Shown: piece by piece, positions 28,161 through 36,615 of the stretch | How positions within the stretch are numbered: the stretch's first letter is position 1 | How the letters are laid out: each line of letters opens with the position of its first letter | Sequence record: KY555144.1 | DNA: 64,000 bases | Direction: 5' to 3' (one strand) | Translations under genes and position numbers: made by a program | The notes under the pieces: model-generated | Told to the model about the DNA's origin: nothing | Seen by the model: the letters and a program-made list of their open reading frames with translations, nothing else | Databases searched by the model: none

Positions 28161-29249
28161 TTAGAAGCGACCCCGGCCGCGCGAGGCGCGTTCGGTGCGC
28201 TCCTCGCCTTCGTCCTCGTCGTCGCGACCCCGGCCGCGCGTCGGACGCTCGTCACGGTCGTCCTCGTCGTCGCGGCTGCGACGGGCGGGGCGCTCGTCAC
28301 GCTCCTCGCGGTCGTCGTCGCGGCTGCGGCGCGCCGGGCGCTCGTCTTCCTCGTCGCGCGAGCGACGGGCCGGACGTTCGTCCTCGTCGTCACGGCTGCG
28401 GCGGGCGGGACGCTCTTCCGGTTCGTCGTCGCGCGCGGCGCGGCGGCTCGAACGCTCTTCGCGCTCTTCCGGCTCGTCATCGCGGCTGCGGCGGCTCGAA
28501 CGCTCTTCGCGCTCTTCGCGGTCGTCGTCACGCGAACGACGGGCCGGACGCTCGTCCTCGTCGTCGCGGCTGCGACGCGAGCGCTTGTCCTCGACGGCCT
28601 TGGGCTTGTCGTCGTAGTCGTCCGGCGTGCCTTCCAGCAGCGCGGCCAGTTCCGTCTCCGGCATCCAGCGCACGATCTTGAACTTCGGCGCGTACTTGGT
28701 GACCTTCCGGCCGCCCTTGGTCTTGCCCTCGAAGGGGTTGGAGTCCAGGGCGATGATCGGCACCTCGCCGGGGTGGTTGCGGAAGCTGTTGCCGAAGTCC
28801 TTCAGGAACGCGGCCAGCGCCCGGCGCTTGGAGACGTTGTTGGCCTGGAAGACCATCTCGACGTAGGGCTCGTCGATCAGACGGAAATCGATCGTGTACT
28901 GCTCGACCGGGCCGTCTTCCTCGCCGTAGGGACCGTGGTCCGGCAGGCTGTTCTTCGACGGCTGCGGGCCGTCTTGCAGGGCGACCATTTCTTCGTAGAC
29001 GACCTTGCCGTCCACCCAGATCACCCAGCCGCGCTTGTAGGAGCGCAGGTTGGCGGCCATTTCAGTGCCGTTCTTCAGCGGCTCGTCTTCGGCGCCGTAG
29101 GAGTACGTGCCGTCGTTGCCGTCGAACTTCATGAAGGCCTTGCCGTCGCCGCCGCCCTTGAGGTTGTTGGCCTCGTTGGCGATCGCGGCGTAGAAATCGT
29201 CCTGGCTGGCCAGATAGCCGCCGGCCGAACGCGTGGTGAGTTCACCCAT
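28161..29249 (-). CDS. Putative ssDNA-binding/annealing protein with a long Arg/Asp/Glu/Ser repeat tail
   Basis: Globular N-terminal ~230 aa, then ERPARRSRDDEDE-type repeats; sits between helicase and nuclease in the replication cluster. Function inferred from position. Confidence 0.5.
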   Translation of the reverse strand: MGELTTRSAGGYLASQDDFYAAIANEANNLKGGGDGKAFMKFDGNDGTYSYGAEDEPLKNGTEMAANLRSYKRGWVIWVDGKVVYEEMVALQDGPQPSKNSLPDHGPYGEEDGPVEQYTIDFRLIDEPYVEMVFQANNVSKRRALAAFLKDFGNSFRNHPGEVPIIALDSNPFEGKTKGGRKVTKYAPKFKIVRWMPETELAALLEGTPDDYDDKPKAVEDKRSRRSRDDEDERPARRSRDDDREEREERSSRRSRDDEPEEREERSSRRAARDDEPEERPARRSRDDEDERPARRSRDEEDERPARRSRDDDREERDERPARRSRDDEDDRDERPTRGRGRDDEDEGEERTERASRGRGRF

Positions 29250-29361
29250 TTGCTGATACCTATTTTCTGTGGAGTTCCTCGGAGGCGCGAGTGCCTCCGA
29301 GGCTGTTACTAGGACTAGGCTGAGACTAGGCTAGGACTGGTGGAAGACTTCGTAAGTTGAG

Positions 29362-30498
29362 CTACTCCTCGTCCGCCTTCTGAGCACCCTTTTCAGAGAT
29401 GTTCAGGCGACCGTGGCCTTCGCCTTCCCTCATGTAGTCTTCGATGTTGAGACCATTTTCCGCCAGCGCTTCGCGAACGGCGCTGGTGTCGAGGGTCTTG
29501 CGACCCTTGATCCACGAGATGGAGGCCTTGATCTTTCCGTCTGCCGACTTCGCGACCCGGACTCCGGTGTTGTGGAACCACTGCTTCAGAGCCTCCGAAG
29601 CAGCCTTGTGTCCCACTTCGGCCGCCTTTTTCGCAGCCGAGGCGCACCGCTCCTCGGCCACAAGGCGTTCGAACTCTTCCAGGATCGGCGCGGGCGTCGT
29701 CTTCGAGTTGGCCTCGCCGCTCGTGGGGGTGGACTTCTTGGTCGTCTGGGCGCAGGCGACCTTGAACGGGCAGTAGGTGCAGGAGCTATCGATCTTGCCC
29801 TCGGCCATGACCTCCGACGGGTCCTTGATGGCGAAGACGTCGTGCGCGCGCTGCATGGCGACGTCGAACACCTTCTGGTCGAAGGGGACGACGAACACCT
29901 CGATGTCGTCGAAGAACGAAGCGTCGATGTAGATGATGACCGCGTAGTTGGGCCGCCAGGACGAAAGCTGGCGCGTCAATCCCATCTGGACGATCGTCTG
30001 GCCCCTATGGATGCTCTTCTCCTCCTTCAGGTTCACCCGAGGATCGATCGACTTGATCTCCAGGTTGAAGCAGTTGGAGGGGTGCTCGACGTCCTTGCGC
30101 GAGCCGCCCAGGGAGGCGATGCCGTACTCGGCCAGGGCGTCGTCGTCGGCGTAGATCACCAGACCGTCGGGCGTGGCCGACAGGGGCGCTTCGGGCGAGA
30201 TGAGGGTCCGCTGGTTCGCGCCGCCCCAGATCAACTGGGCGTCGCGGGTCAGGTTCTCGGTGATCCACTTCACGCCGGGCTCGACGAAGTGGTTTTCGAT
30301 CAGGTCGCCGCGTTGCAGCGCGCCCCAGGACTGCTCGTAGTCCGGGTCCTTCGGGGCGCCGTTCTTGGCGAACCACACCTTGCGCAGGCACCCGAACGCT
30401 TCCGAGGCGCCGACCGACTTGCTGCGGTCGTGCTTCCACACCTTCTGGTGGGCCTCGACGTATTCGTTAAACCCGGATTTGAAGTTGATCGCAGCCAT
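29362..30498 (-). CDS. Cas4/RecB-like PD-(D/E)XK exonuclease
   Basis: SVGASEAFGCLRK, LSATPDG, EIKS, Q..MG, CTYCPF...C. Confidence 0.8.
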   Translation of the reverse strand: MAAINFKSGFNEYVEAHQKVWKHDRSKSVGASEAFGCLRKVWFAKNGAPKDPDYEQSWGALQRGDLIENHFVEPGVKWITENLTRDAQLIWGGANQRTLISPEAPLSATPDGLVIYADDDALAEYGIASLGGSRKDVEHPSNCFNLEIKSIDPRVNLKEEKSIHRGQTIVQMGLTRQLSSWRPNYAVIIYIDASFFDDIEVFVVPFDQKVFDVAMQRAHDVFAIKDPSEVMAEGKIDSSCTYCPFKVACAQTTKKSTPTSGEANSKTTPAPILEEFERLVAEERCASAAKKAAEVGHKAASEALKQWFHNTGVRVAKSADGKIKASISWIKGRKTLDTSAVREALAENGLNIEDYMREGEGHGRLNISEKGAQKADEE

Positions 30499-30569
30499 CG
30501 CGCACCGTCACATTTCTCTGGTATCGTGACTTGGGTTCATCCAGGGTCACGAGCCTGGGGCGCGGCGCG

Positions 30570-30653
30570 CTAGGGGCGATCGAGCTTGCTACGCAGCCAG
30601 ATCAGGAAGGCGGCCCCGATGCAGCCGGCGGCGATCCAAAAGAGGTCGGTCAC
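30570..30653 (-). CDS. 27-aa single-TM peptide (absent from the ORF track)
   Basis: GTG start overlaps the stop of the exonuclease gene (GTGA); VTDLFWIAAGCIGAAFLIWLRSKLDRP. Confidence 0.5.
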   Translation of the reverse strand: MTDLFWIAAGCIGAAFLIWLRSKLDRP

Positions 30654-31279
30654 GCGGCTTTCTCCCGCATCTTGGCCGCGACCATGTCTTCCATGGCGTA
30701 GTAGCAGCGCTGGGTGGCGAGGACGTCGGCGATGGCGGTGTGGGCGTCCTCGAACCCCTCGCCGATGAGATGCTTGTGGAGATCGATCAGCTTGGGCTTG
30801 CGATAGCCGCCCTGGCGCGCCGGCAGCTTCATCAGCGGCATGCCGGCCAGGATGGTGTCGAACATCGCCTTGCCCGCGAACGGATCGGCGTCCGGGCGGC
30901 CCAGGACGCGCCGCACGACGTTGGTCATGATCTTGTTGTCGAACGAGACATGGTTGTGGCCGACGACCACGTCAGCGACCGCGACGAGGTCGCAGAAGGC
31001 CTCGATGACCAGCACCTCGGTGATCCCGATCTGCTCGGAAAGCTCGGGGCTGATCCCGTGGATGGCGGCGGCCCCGCCCTTGCCGTCCTTGCCGACGGTC
31101 CAGTCTTGCAGCACGTTCGCCGGGACATCGCCCAGGCGCAGGATCATGTCCAGGCGCTGCATCTCCTTGCGTTCCGGATTGGCCAGGATCGCGCCCAGTT
31201 GGACGACGCGAGGCTGTTCGTCCAGGGAGCGTTTGCTGTCCGGAAAGCCGGTGGTTTCGGTGTCGTAGAAAAGGATCAT
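30650..31279 (-). CDS. DEDDh 3'-5' exonuclease (DnaQ-like)
   Basis: YDTETTG, GHNHVSFD, FDT, HTAIADV. Confidence 0.88.
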   Translation of the reverse strand: MILFYDTETTGFPDSKRSLDEQPRVVQLGAILANPERKEMQRLDMILRLGDVPANVLQDWTVGKDGKGGAAAIHGISPELSEQIGITEVLVIEAFCDLVAVADVVVGHNHVSFDNKIMTNVVRRVLGRPDADPFAGKAMFDTILAGMPLMKLPARQGGYRKPKLIDLHKHLIGEGFEDAHTAIADVLATQRCYYAMEDMVAAKMREKAA

Positions 31280-31327
31280 CGGGCGATCTCGTTCGGGAGT
31301 GTCTTGTTAACCAAGTTCCGGATGGGT

Positions 31328-31342
31328 GTCAAGATTCACGAC
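31328..31342 (-). promoter_or_regulatory. Recurring motif and promoter
   Basis: Minus strand GTCGTGAATCTTGACA-N17-TAACAA. Confidence 0.65.
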
Positions 31343-32025
31343 ATAGAAAGTCGCGAAGCACGACTCACGCCCTGGGCTTTGATGATCTCGTAGATGCGCT
31401 GGGCCGACAGGCTGTAGGCCTCGGCCAGTTGCGCCACCGGCTCGCCCTTGGCGTAGCAGTCGGCGATCTCGGCGTAGAACCGCTTCTTGGCCTCCTCCCG
31501 GCGCAGCTTGGCGTCGGGGGCGTGGCGGTCGATGAAGCGGTAGATCGCGATCCGGCTGACCCCGTAGTCCTTGGCGATCAAGGGCACAGGGGCGAAGGCG
31601 GCGTAGCTTTCGATGATGTCGGCGGCGTGGTCGGCGAGGGCCATGGTGTTCTCCAGGAGGGCGAGAGCGCGGTCGATCACCACCGCCGCGCGCTTCGAGG
31701 GCTGTTTGGTCAGGAAGCCGCAGCGGCGGCCGGCGGCGTAGGGCGGCTCCAGCCCTTCGCAGAGGTACTGGTCGGCGGTCGGGTCCGCGCGGTAGCCGCC
31801 GGCGGCCTCAAGCCACCAGTGGGTCCCGCCGTCGGGGTCGCGTCCGACCATCGGCCGCCAGCCGCCGTCCCAACCGTCCAGCAGATGCCAGAGCGCCTCG
31901 GAGGCGACATAGCAGTGCCCGGCGGTCGGGTTGGAAGCCGTGTACGCGGAACGATAGGGCTCGTGCAGAAGCTCGGGTGTGAGGCTCTTCTGGACCGCGA
32001 TAAGGGTTTCGAGCGGCGCCTGCAT
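31336..32025 (-). CDS. Hypothetical protein with C-terminal tandem HTH-like segments (229 aa)
   Basis: ATG overlaps the polymerase stop (ATGA); IAKDYGVSRIAIY and LAEAYSLSAQRIYEII. Confidence 0.6.
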   Translation of the reverse strand: MQAPLETLIAVQKSLTPELLHEPYRSAYTASNPTAGHCYVASEALWHLLDGWDGGWRPMVGRDPDGGTHWWLEAAGGYRADPTADQYLCEGLEPPYAAGRRCGFLTKQPSKRAAVVIDRALALLENTMALADHAADIIESYAAFAPVPLIAKDYGVSRIAIYRFIDRHAPDAKLRREEAKKRFYAEIADCYAKGEPVAQLAEAYSLSAQRIYEIIKAQGVSRASRLSMS

Positions 32026-34271
32026 CAGTGCGTCTCCGCCCAGGTGCGGCCCCACTTGACGTCGACGTCGACCGGCAGGCGGAAATCGAACCGCTCGCCG
32101 GCTTCCTTCGCCGCGTCGACGATGTTGCGGCGGCAGATTTCCTTGATCGCCGGATCGTCGCGCACCGCCACCTGCATTTCGTCGTGGACCCAGGCCAGGA
32201 CGGCGTAGTCGCCGTGCCAGCCATGGACGAGCCCGTCGTCTTCGTTGAAGGTCTCGAAGTTGACGCACCAGCCCTTGGCGATCGTGGCGCCGGCGCCCTG
32301 GAGCTTGGTGTTGAGGGCCGAGTGCTTGGCCCGCACGAAGAGGTGGCGGCCGTCGAGGGCGTCGACATAGCCGCGCTTGGCCTCGCGCTGGACGGACTTG
32401 ACCACCTGTTGCAGCGCCGGGATGCGCGTCATGATCCGCCGCCGCATTTCCGCGCCCAGGGCCTTGGCCTTGGCGACGTTCATGGTCAGGGACGGGTCGA
32501 CGGTGCAGCCCAGCTTGTAGTCCTGGGCGCCGTAGATCATGGCGTAGATGAAGGTCTTGGCGGTGTCGCGCGACTCCATCTCCATGGCCGCTTGGTGGAC
32601 GCCGTGGACATCGCCATCGAGCACGATCTTGCCGTACTGCCCGTTGTCGAACTCCGCCATGAAGTGGGCCAGACAGCGCAGTTCGATACCGGCTTGGTCG
32701 GCGCCCATCAGGGTCCAGCCCTCGGGGACGTAGAAGAGGTCGCGGCAGTCCCAGCCGTGATCGCCCTCGCGGCCCTTCATCAGGACCTTCTTGGTGACCA
32801 CCTCGCCCTTTTCGTTCAGGGTGAACTCGCCCTCGGGCGTCAGCACCGGGCGGCCCCGGATTTGCTTGCCGTCCGGGCCGAGCAGCGGGATCGTCTTGGC
32901 CTCGTCCTTCCACTGCGGCGGCGACTTGAAGACGACGCGGGGGACCTGGGCGATGTTGGGGTTGGAGTGCGAGGCCCGGTTGGTCACCGTGCCCCCGACG
33001 TTGACGCGGCCGTGAATCTTGCCGTCGCCGTTCCACTCCTCGCACTTGACCAGCCAGCCGTTCTTGCCGTCGACCAACTGCCCCAGGCGCTTCTTGTAGT
33101 AGAAGATTTCCGCCAGGGTCTCGCAGATCGGGATCACCAGCTTCTTGGTGTTCTCGTCCTCGGCCTTGGCCAGATCGCGCAGCACCTCGTCGTCCACCAC
33201 CGGCGAGCCGGTTTCGGTGAACTCCTGGGGTTGCCAGCCATAGACCTTGGTCAGGCGGTCGATGATCTGCGGACGCGAGTTGGGGTTGAACGGCGTCAGC
33301 TTGACCGGGCAGAAGGCCGCGCCGGCGGTGCGGTCCCCCTTCATCGGGTCCTTGTACTTGACATCGCGCGTCGGGACCGTCACCTCGGCCCAGTGCTCGC
33401 GGCTGTCGTCCTCGCCGAACTCGGGGCGCGGCTTGTAGGCGACCTGCTCCTTCTCGGGCTTGCCGGTCTCGGGCGAGGTGTAGGTGGTCGACTTGTGGCG
33501 CTTGAGCCACTTGCCCGGCACCCACCAGGAGCCAAAGTGCGCGATCGCCTCGTCCGACATCCTAGTGTGGGCGGTGCGCAGTTCCTCTTCCAGGCGGCGC
33601 GCGCGCTCGCGGTGGAACGGGAAGCCGTTGCGCTGCACCCGCTCCATCATGTCGTGGATCATGTGTTCGAGCGTGATCGCGGTCTTCGACCACGGCCGGC
33701 TCTCGATCTTGCGCCACAGGGCCTCGGTGACCTCGACGTCTTGAATCGCGTAGTCTTCCATGTCCTGGTTCCAGGACCCCCAGACGTAGCGACTGATCTC
33801 GGCCTTGTCGGTGATGCCCTTGGCCTTGGCCTCTTCCTCGGCCACGTCGGCGTAATCGCCCTTGGGGAAGCCCAGGCGCTGGCCCCAGGCGCCCAGTTCA
33901 TGCGAGCCGATATAGCCGCCCCACAGGTCGCCGCGCTTCCACATCCGGAAGTCGTCGTCCTTGAGGTCGGCGAACAGCATGCGCGTCATCACCAGGGTGT
34001 CGCGGATGATCCCCTGGGGATTGAACTTGTCGCCGTAGACCTTCCACAGGGCCTCGCAGTCGAAGCCGATGATGTTGTGGCCGATCAGCATGTCGGCGTC
34101 GTTCAGCATCGCGACGCCTTCGAGGATGTTGTCCTCGCGCTTGTTGCGGTGGAAGACCCAGCGCTGACGGGTGTCGGCGTCCTTGATCACCAGGATGTGG
34201 ATGCGCGTCAGTTGCAGCAGCAGCCCATCGGTTTCCAAGTCGAACAGGAGCCGGCGCTTACGGAGCTTCAT
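32025..34271 (-). CDS. Family A (T7-like) DNA polymerase with 3'-5' exonuclease domain
   Basis: FDLETDG, GHNIIGFD, YAIQDV, GADQAGIELR, RDTAKTFIYAMIYG, VHDE. Confidence 0.95.
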   Translation of the reverse strand: MKLRKRRLLFDLETDGLLLQLTRIHILVIKDADTRQRWVFHRNKREDNILEGVAMLNDADMLIGHNIIGFDCEALWKVYGDKFNPQGIIRDTLVMTRMLFADLKDDDFRMWKRGDLWGGYIGSHELGAWGQRLGFPKGDYADVAEEEAKAKGITDKAEISRYVWGSWNQDMEDYAIQDVEVTEALWRKIESRPWSKTAITLEHMIHDMMERVQRNGFPFHRERARRLEEELRTAHTRMSDEAIAHFGSWWVPGKWLKRHKSTTYTSPETGKPEKEQVAYKPRPEFGEDDSREHWAEVTVPTRDVKYKDPMKGDRTAGAAFCPVKLTPFNPNSRPQIIDRLTKVYGWQPQEFTETGSPVVDDEVLRDLAKAEDENTKKLVIPICETLAEIFYYKKRLGQLVDGKNGWLVKCEEWNGDGKIHGRVNVGGTVTNRASHSNPNIAQVPRVVFKSPPQWKDEAKTIPLLGPDGKQIRGRPVLTPEGEFTLNEKGEVVTKKVLMKGREGDHGWDCRDLFYVPEGWTLMGADQAGIELRCLAHFMAEFDNGQYGKIVLDGDVHGVHQAAMEMESRDTAKTFIYAMIYGAQDYKLGCTVDPSLTMNVAKAKALGAEMRRRIMTRIPALQQVVKSVQREAKRGYVDALDGRHLFVRAKHSALNTKLQGAGATIAKGWCVNFETFNEDDGLVHGWHGDYAVLAWVHDEMQVAVRDDPAIKEICRRNIVDAAKEAGERFDFRLPVDVDVKWGRTWAETH

Positions 34272-35316
34272 GGAGCACCTTGAGGATTTGATCGCCGATC
34301 CAGTCCACCATCGGGACGATCAGGCTGTTGCCGACGATGGTCCGGCGCTCGGTGTCCGAGAGCCCTTCGATCGCGGTGTGGCCGACGGGCATGCCCATCA
34401 GGCGCTCGTACTCGGACACGGTGTGATTGCGGATGCGCCAGTCCTCGCCTTCCTTGACGAGCAGCATGGCGACGCTGGAGCCGCCGCCGGCCGTGCGCAG
34501 GCAGTTGGCGATTACGCCGCGCTCTTCGATTTGCTGGTCGGGGCGTCCGCGAACAGCGAGGGATCGAGCCCGTGGGACAGGGCGGCCGTCAATTCCGGCG
34601 ACAAGGTCCGACCGGCTCGGATCGCGTTGTTCAGGAGGGTCAAACGCCGGGACGGGCTCATGTACAATCCGGCGGGGATCGATTCCGGAGCGTCGAGTAC
34701 ACGCGACAAGCACAAGCCGGGGGCGGGACTGGGGGATTCCGAACTGGGGACCGTCGAAGACCGTCCAGGCGATCGCGCGGCGCGGTCCCAGCACATAACC
34801 ACAGTCCGGCCACCGATTCCCTGCCGCGTCGTCGTCACCTTCGGGCTTTCCGTAGGGATAGAGGGGTTCTCGCTCGCCGGCGAGGCGTCCGAGGAATTGT
34901 CCAAAGGCGTTGTCCTTGTTGGAGAGGAGCTTGACCACGTTCTCGAAGCAGAAGATCGGAGGATCGACCTCGTCGATCACCCGCAGGCCCGAAAGGGTCA
35001 GTTGTCCGCGCGGGTCGGCCAGACCCAGGCCCTTGCCGGCCTCGCTCCACGGCTGGCAGGGGAACGACGCCCACAGGACGTCGACCTTGCCCTCGTGAGG
35101 CGTGCCGTCGATCTGTTCGAGGTTCCCGAGGTTCGGGACGGCCTTCCAGTGCGTCTCCAGGAGACGGATCGGGGCCGAGGCGATCTCGCTGAAGAAGCGG
35201 GCCTTGCCGCCCTTCTTCTCCCACGCCACCGAGGGGACGTCGGCGCCGGAGCAAAGGGTCGCAAAGACCCACGGCGTGACGCCGGAGGCGTCCGCAGGGG
35301 AGGGGTTCGGGGACAT
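34258..35316 (-). CDS. DNA (cytosine-5) methyltransferase
   Basis: SFPCQPWS catalytic PC, FENV, QSRPR and C-terminal VGNS; motif I appears as LCSGA. Confidence 0.88.
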   Translation of the reverse strand: MSPNPSPADASGVTPWVFATLCSGADVPSVAWEKKGGKARFFSEIASAPIRLLETHWKAVPNLGNLEQIDGTPHEGKVDVLWASFPCQPWSEAGKGLGLADPRGQLTLSGLRVIDEVDPPIFCFENVVKLLSNKDNAFGQFLGRLAGEREPLYPYGKPEGDDDAAGNRWPDCGYVLGPRRAIAWTVFDGPQFGIPQSRPRLVLVACTRRSGIDPRRIVHEPVPAFDPPEQRDPSRSDLVAGIDGRPVPRARSLAVRGRPDQQIEERGVIANCLRTAGGGSSVAMLLVKEGEDWRIRNHTVSEYERLMGMPVGHTAIEGLSDTERRTIVGNSLIVPMVDWIGDQILKVLHEAP

Positions 35317-35371
35317 GGCTCTATGGTTAACGGATGTCGTGAATCACGTCAAGAAATGTCGTCAACGACGA

Positions 35372-36160
35372 CTACTCTTGAGGGGCGGCGGGCCGTTGCA
35401 GGCGCGCGTGCATGGCCTCGATCTCCTCGTCCGACAGGGGCCGGCGGCCCGTGGTCTTGACCTCGCCACGCCAGATGACGTCGGCGAGCTTGAGGAACGC
35501 CTTGGCGAGCTTCTGCTTGTCGGTGTGCCCGATCGCGCGCTGAAGGCCCTCGGGCCAGCGCGGCGGCAGGGCGTAGAAATACATCAGCCCCGGCCGGGTC
35601 CAGACGTCGACGGCGAAGTCGCCCGCCTGCCGCTTTCCCACCGCGAACGACTGGTCGCCCAGCATCGCGACGTTGTTCTCGTCGTAGTAGCCGATCCCCA
35701 GCCTGATCTTGTCGATCTCACTGTCATAGGCCAGCCACAGGCAGCGCCCGTCGCCCAGGGGGACGTTCTCGATCTCCCAGTCCTGGGGATGGCCCCAGAC
35801 CGCGTCGTGGGCTTCGCGGATGGCGTCGGCCAGCATGCCGGTGATCGTCTTGGGCGAGACCGAATCCCCGACCACCAGGAACGAGCCGGGCTCGATCTCC
35901 AGGGTCTTGTCGACCCCGAAGTGCTCGGCCAGCCGCCCGGCCTTGAACGAGAAGCCCTCGCGCTCGATGCGGTCGGCGATCTCGTAGGCGAATCCAGGCT
36001 TGAGGTTGAGCGTCATCACGTGCGAGACGTTCAGGCCCGAGGCCGATTCATGCCCGAGCCCGATCTGGATCGAGTGGGTCTCAGACGTCACCAGGGCATA
36101 GAGGAAGCCCCCGGAGGGCCGGGTCGGATAGGCGACCCGGCGGGAGAAGAGAAGGGTCAT
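35372..36160 (-). CDS. Hypothetical protein (262 aa)
   Basis: Normal codon usage, co-oriented. Confidence 0.65.
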   Translation of the reverse strand: MTLLFSRRVAYPTRPSGGFLYALVTSETHSIQIGLGHESASGLNVSHVMTLNLKPGFAYEIADRIEREGFSFKAGRLAEHFGVDKTLEIEPGSFLVVGDSVSPKTITGMLADAIREAHDAVWGHPQDWEIENVPLGDGRCLWLAYDSEIDKIRLGIGYYDENNVAMLGDQSFAVGKRQAGDFAVDVWTRPGLMYFYALPPRWPEGLQRAIGHTDKQKLAKAFLKLADVIWRGEVKTTGRRPLSDEEIEAMHARLQRPAAPQE

Positions 36161-36162
36161 GA

Positions 36163-36615
36163 TTACTCCTGAAGGCTTTCGTAGAAACTAACCAGGGCCT
36201 TGAGGTCCTTTAGATTGCCACTGTTTTTGAGGCGATTGGCTTTCCAACTCACGATCACGACGTTTCCAGGGACATAGCCTTGGGTGTTGTCGATACGATC
36301 AAGAGATGGCGAGTGATCGTGCATCCGTCCGGAACCCGCCGAAAGACGAAGTCCTAGCGCCGGACAGACTTCGGGAATCGTGAGGTCAGCTTCCGTCAGC
36401 GTGAAGGGGATGCCTGCCTGCTTCGCTCGTCCACGCGCGGTCGACAGGAGGGCAGAAAGAAACCCTCCCGTCGCATAGCGGAACCGCCGTTTAGCGGAAC
36501 GACAAACCGAACACGTGCGTCGCCGCCCATTATTTCTCGACCGGTCTTTGGAGAACTGGTCGAGGGTTTTACGAACTCCGCAGGCATTGCATCGCTGCGT
36601 GATCACAAGCGCCAA
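36163..36615 (-). CDS. HNH-type free-standing endonuclease with N-terminal CxxC/CxxC
   Basis: CNACG...CSVC, CPALG, PSLDRIDNTQGYVPGNVVIVSWKAN; visibly more AT-rich than neighbours. Confidence 0.7.
   Translation of the reverse strand: MALVITQRCNACGVRKTLDQFSKDRSRNNGRRRTCSVCRSAKRRFRYATGGFLSALLSTARGRAKQAGIPFTLTEADLTIPEVCPALGLRLSAGSGRMHDHSPSLDRIDNTQGYVPGNVVIVSWKANRLKNSGNLKDLKALVSFYESLQE

Noticed and set aside
28195-28600. Repeat array resembling CRISPR near a Cas4-like gene
   Set aside because: Repeats are imperfect, in-frame and lack unique spacers. The Cas4-like nuclease is solo with no cas1/cas2. No CRISPR array was found in the window.
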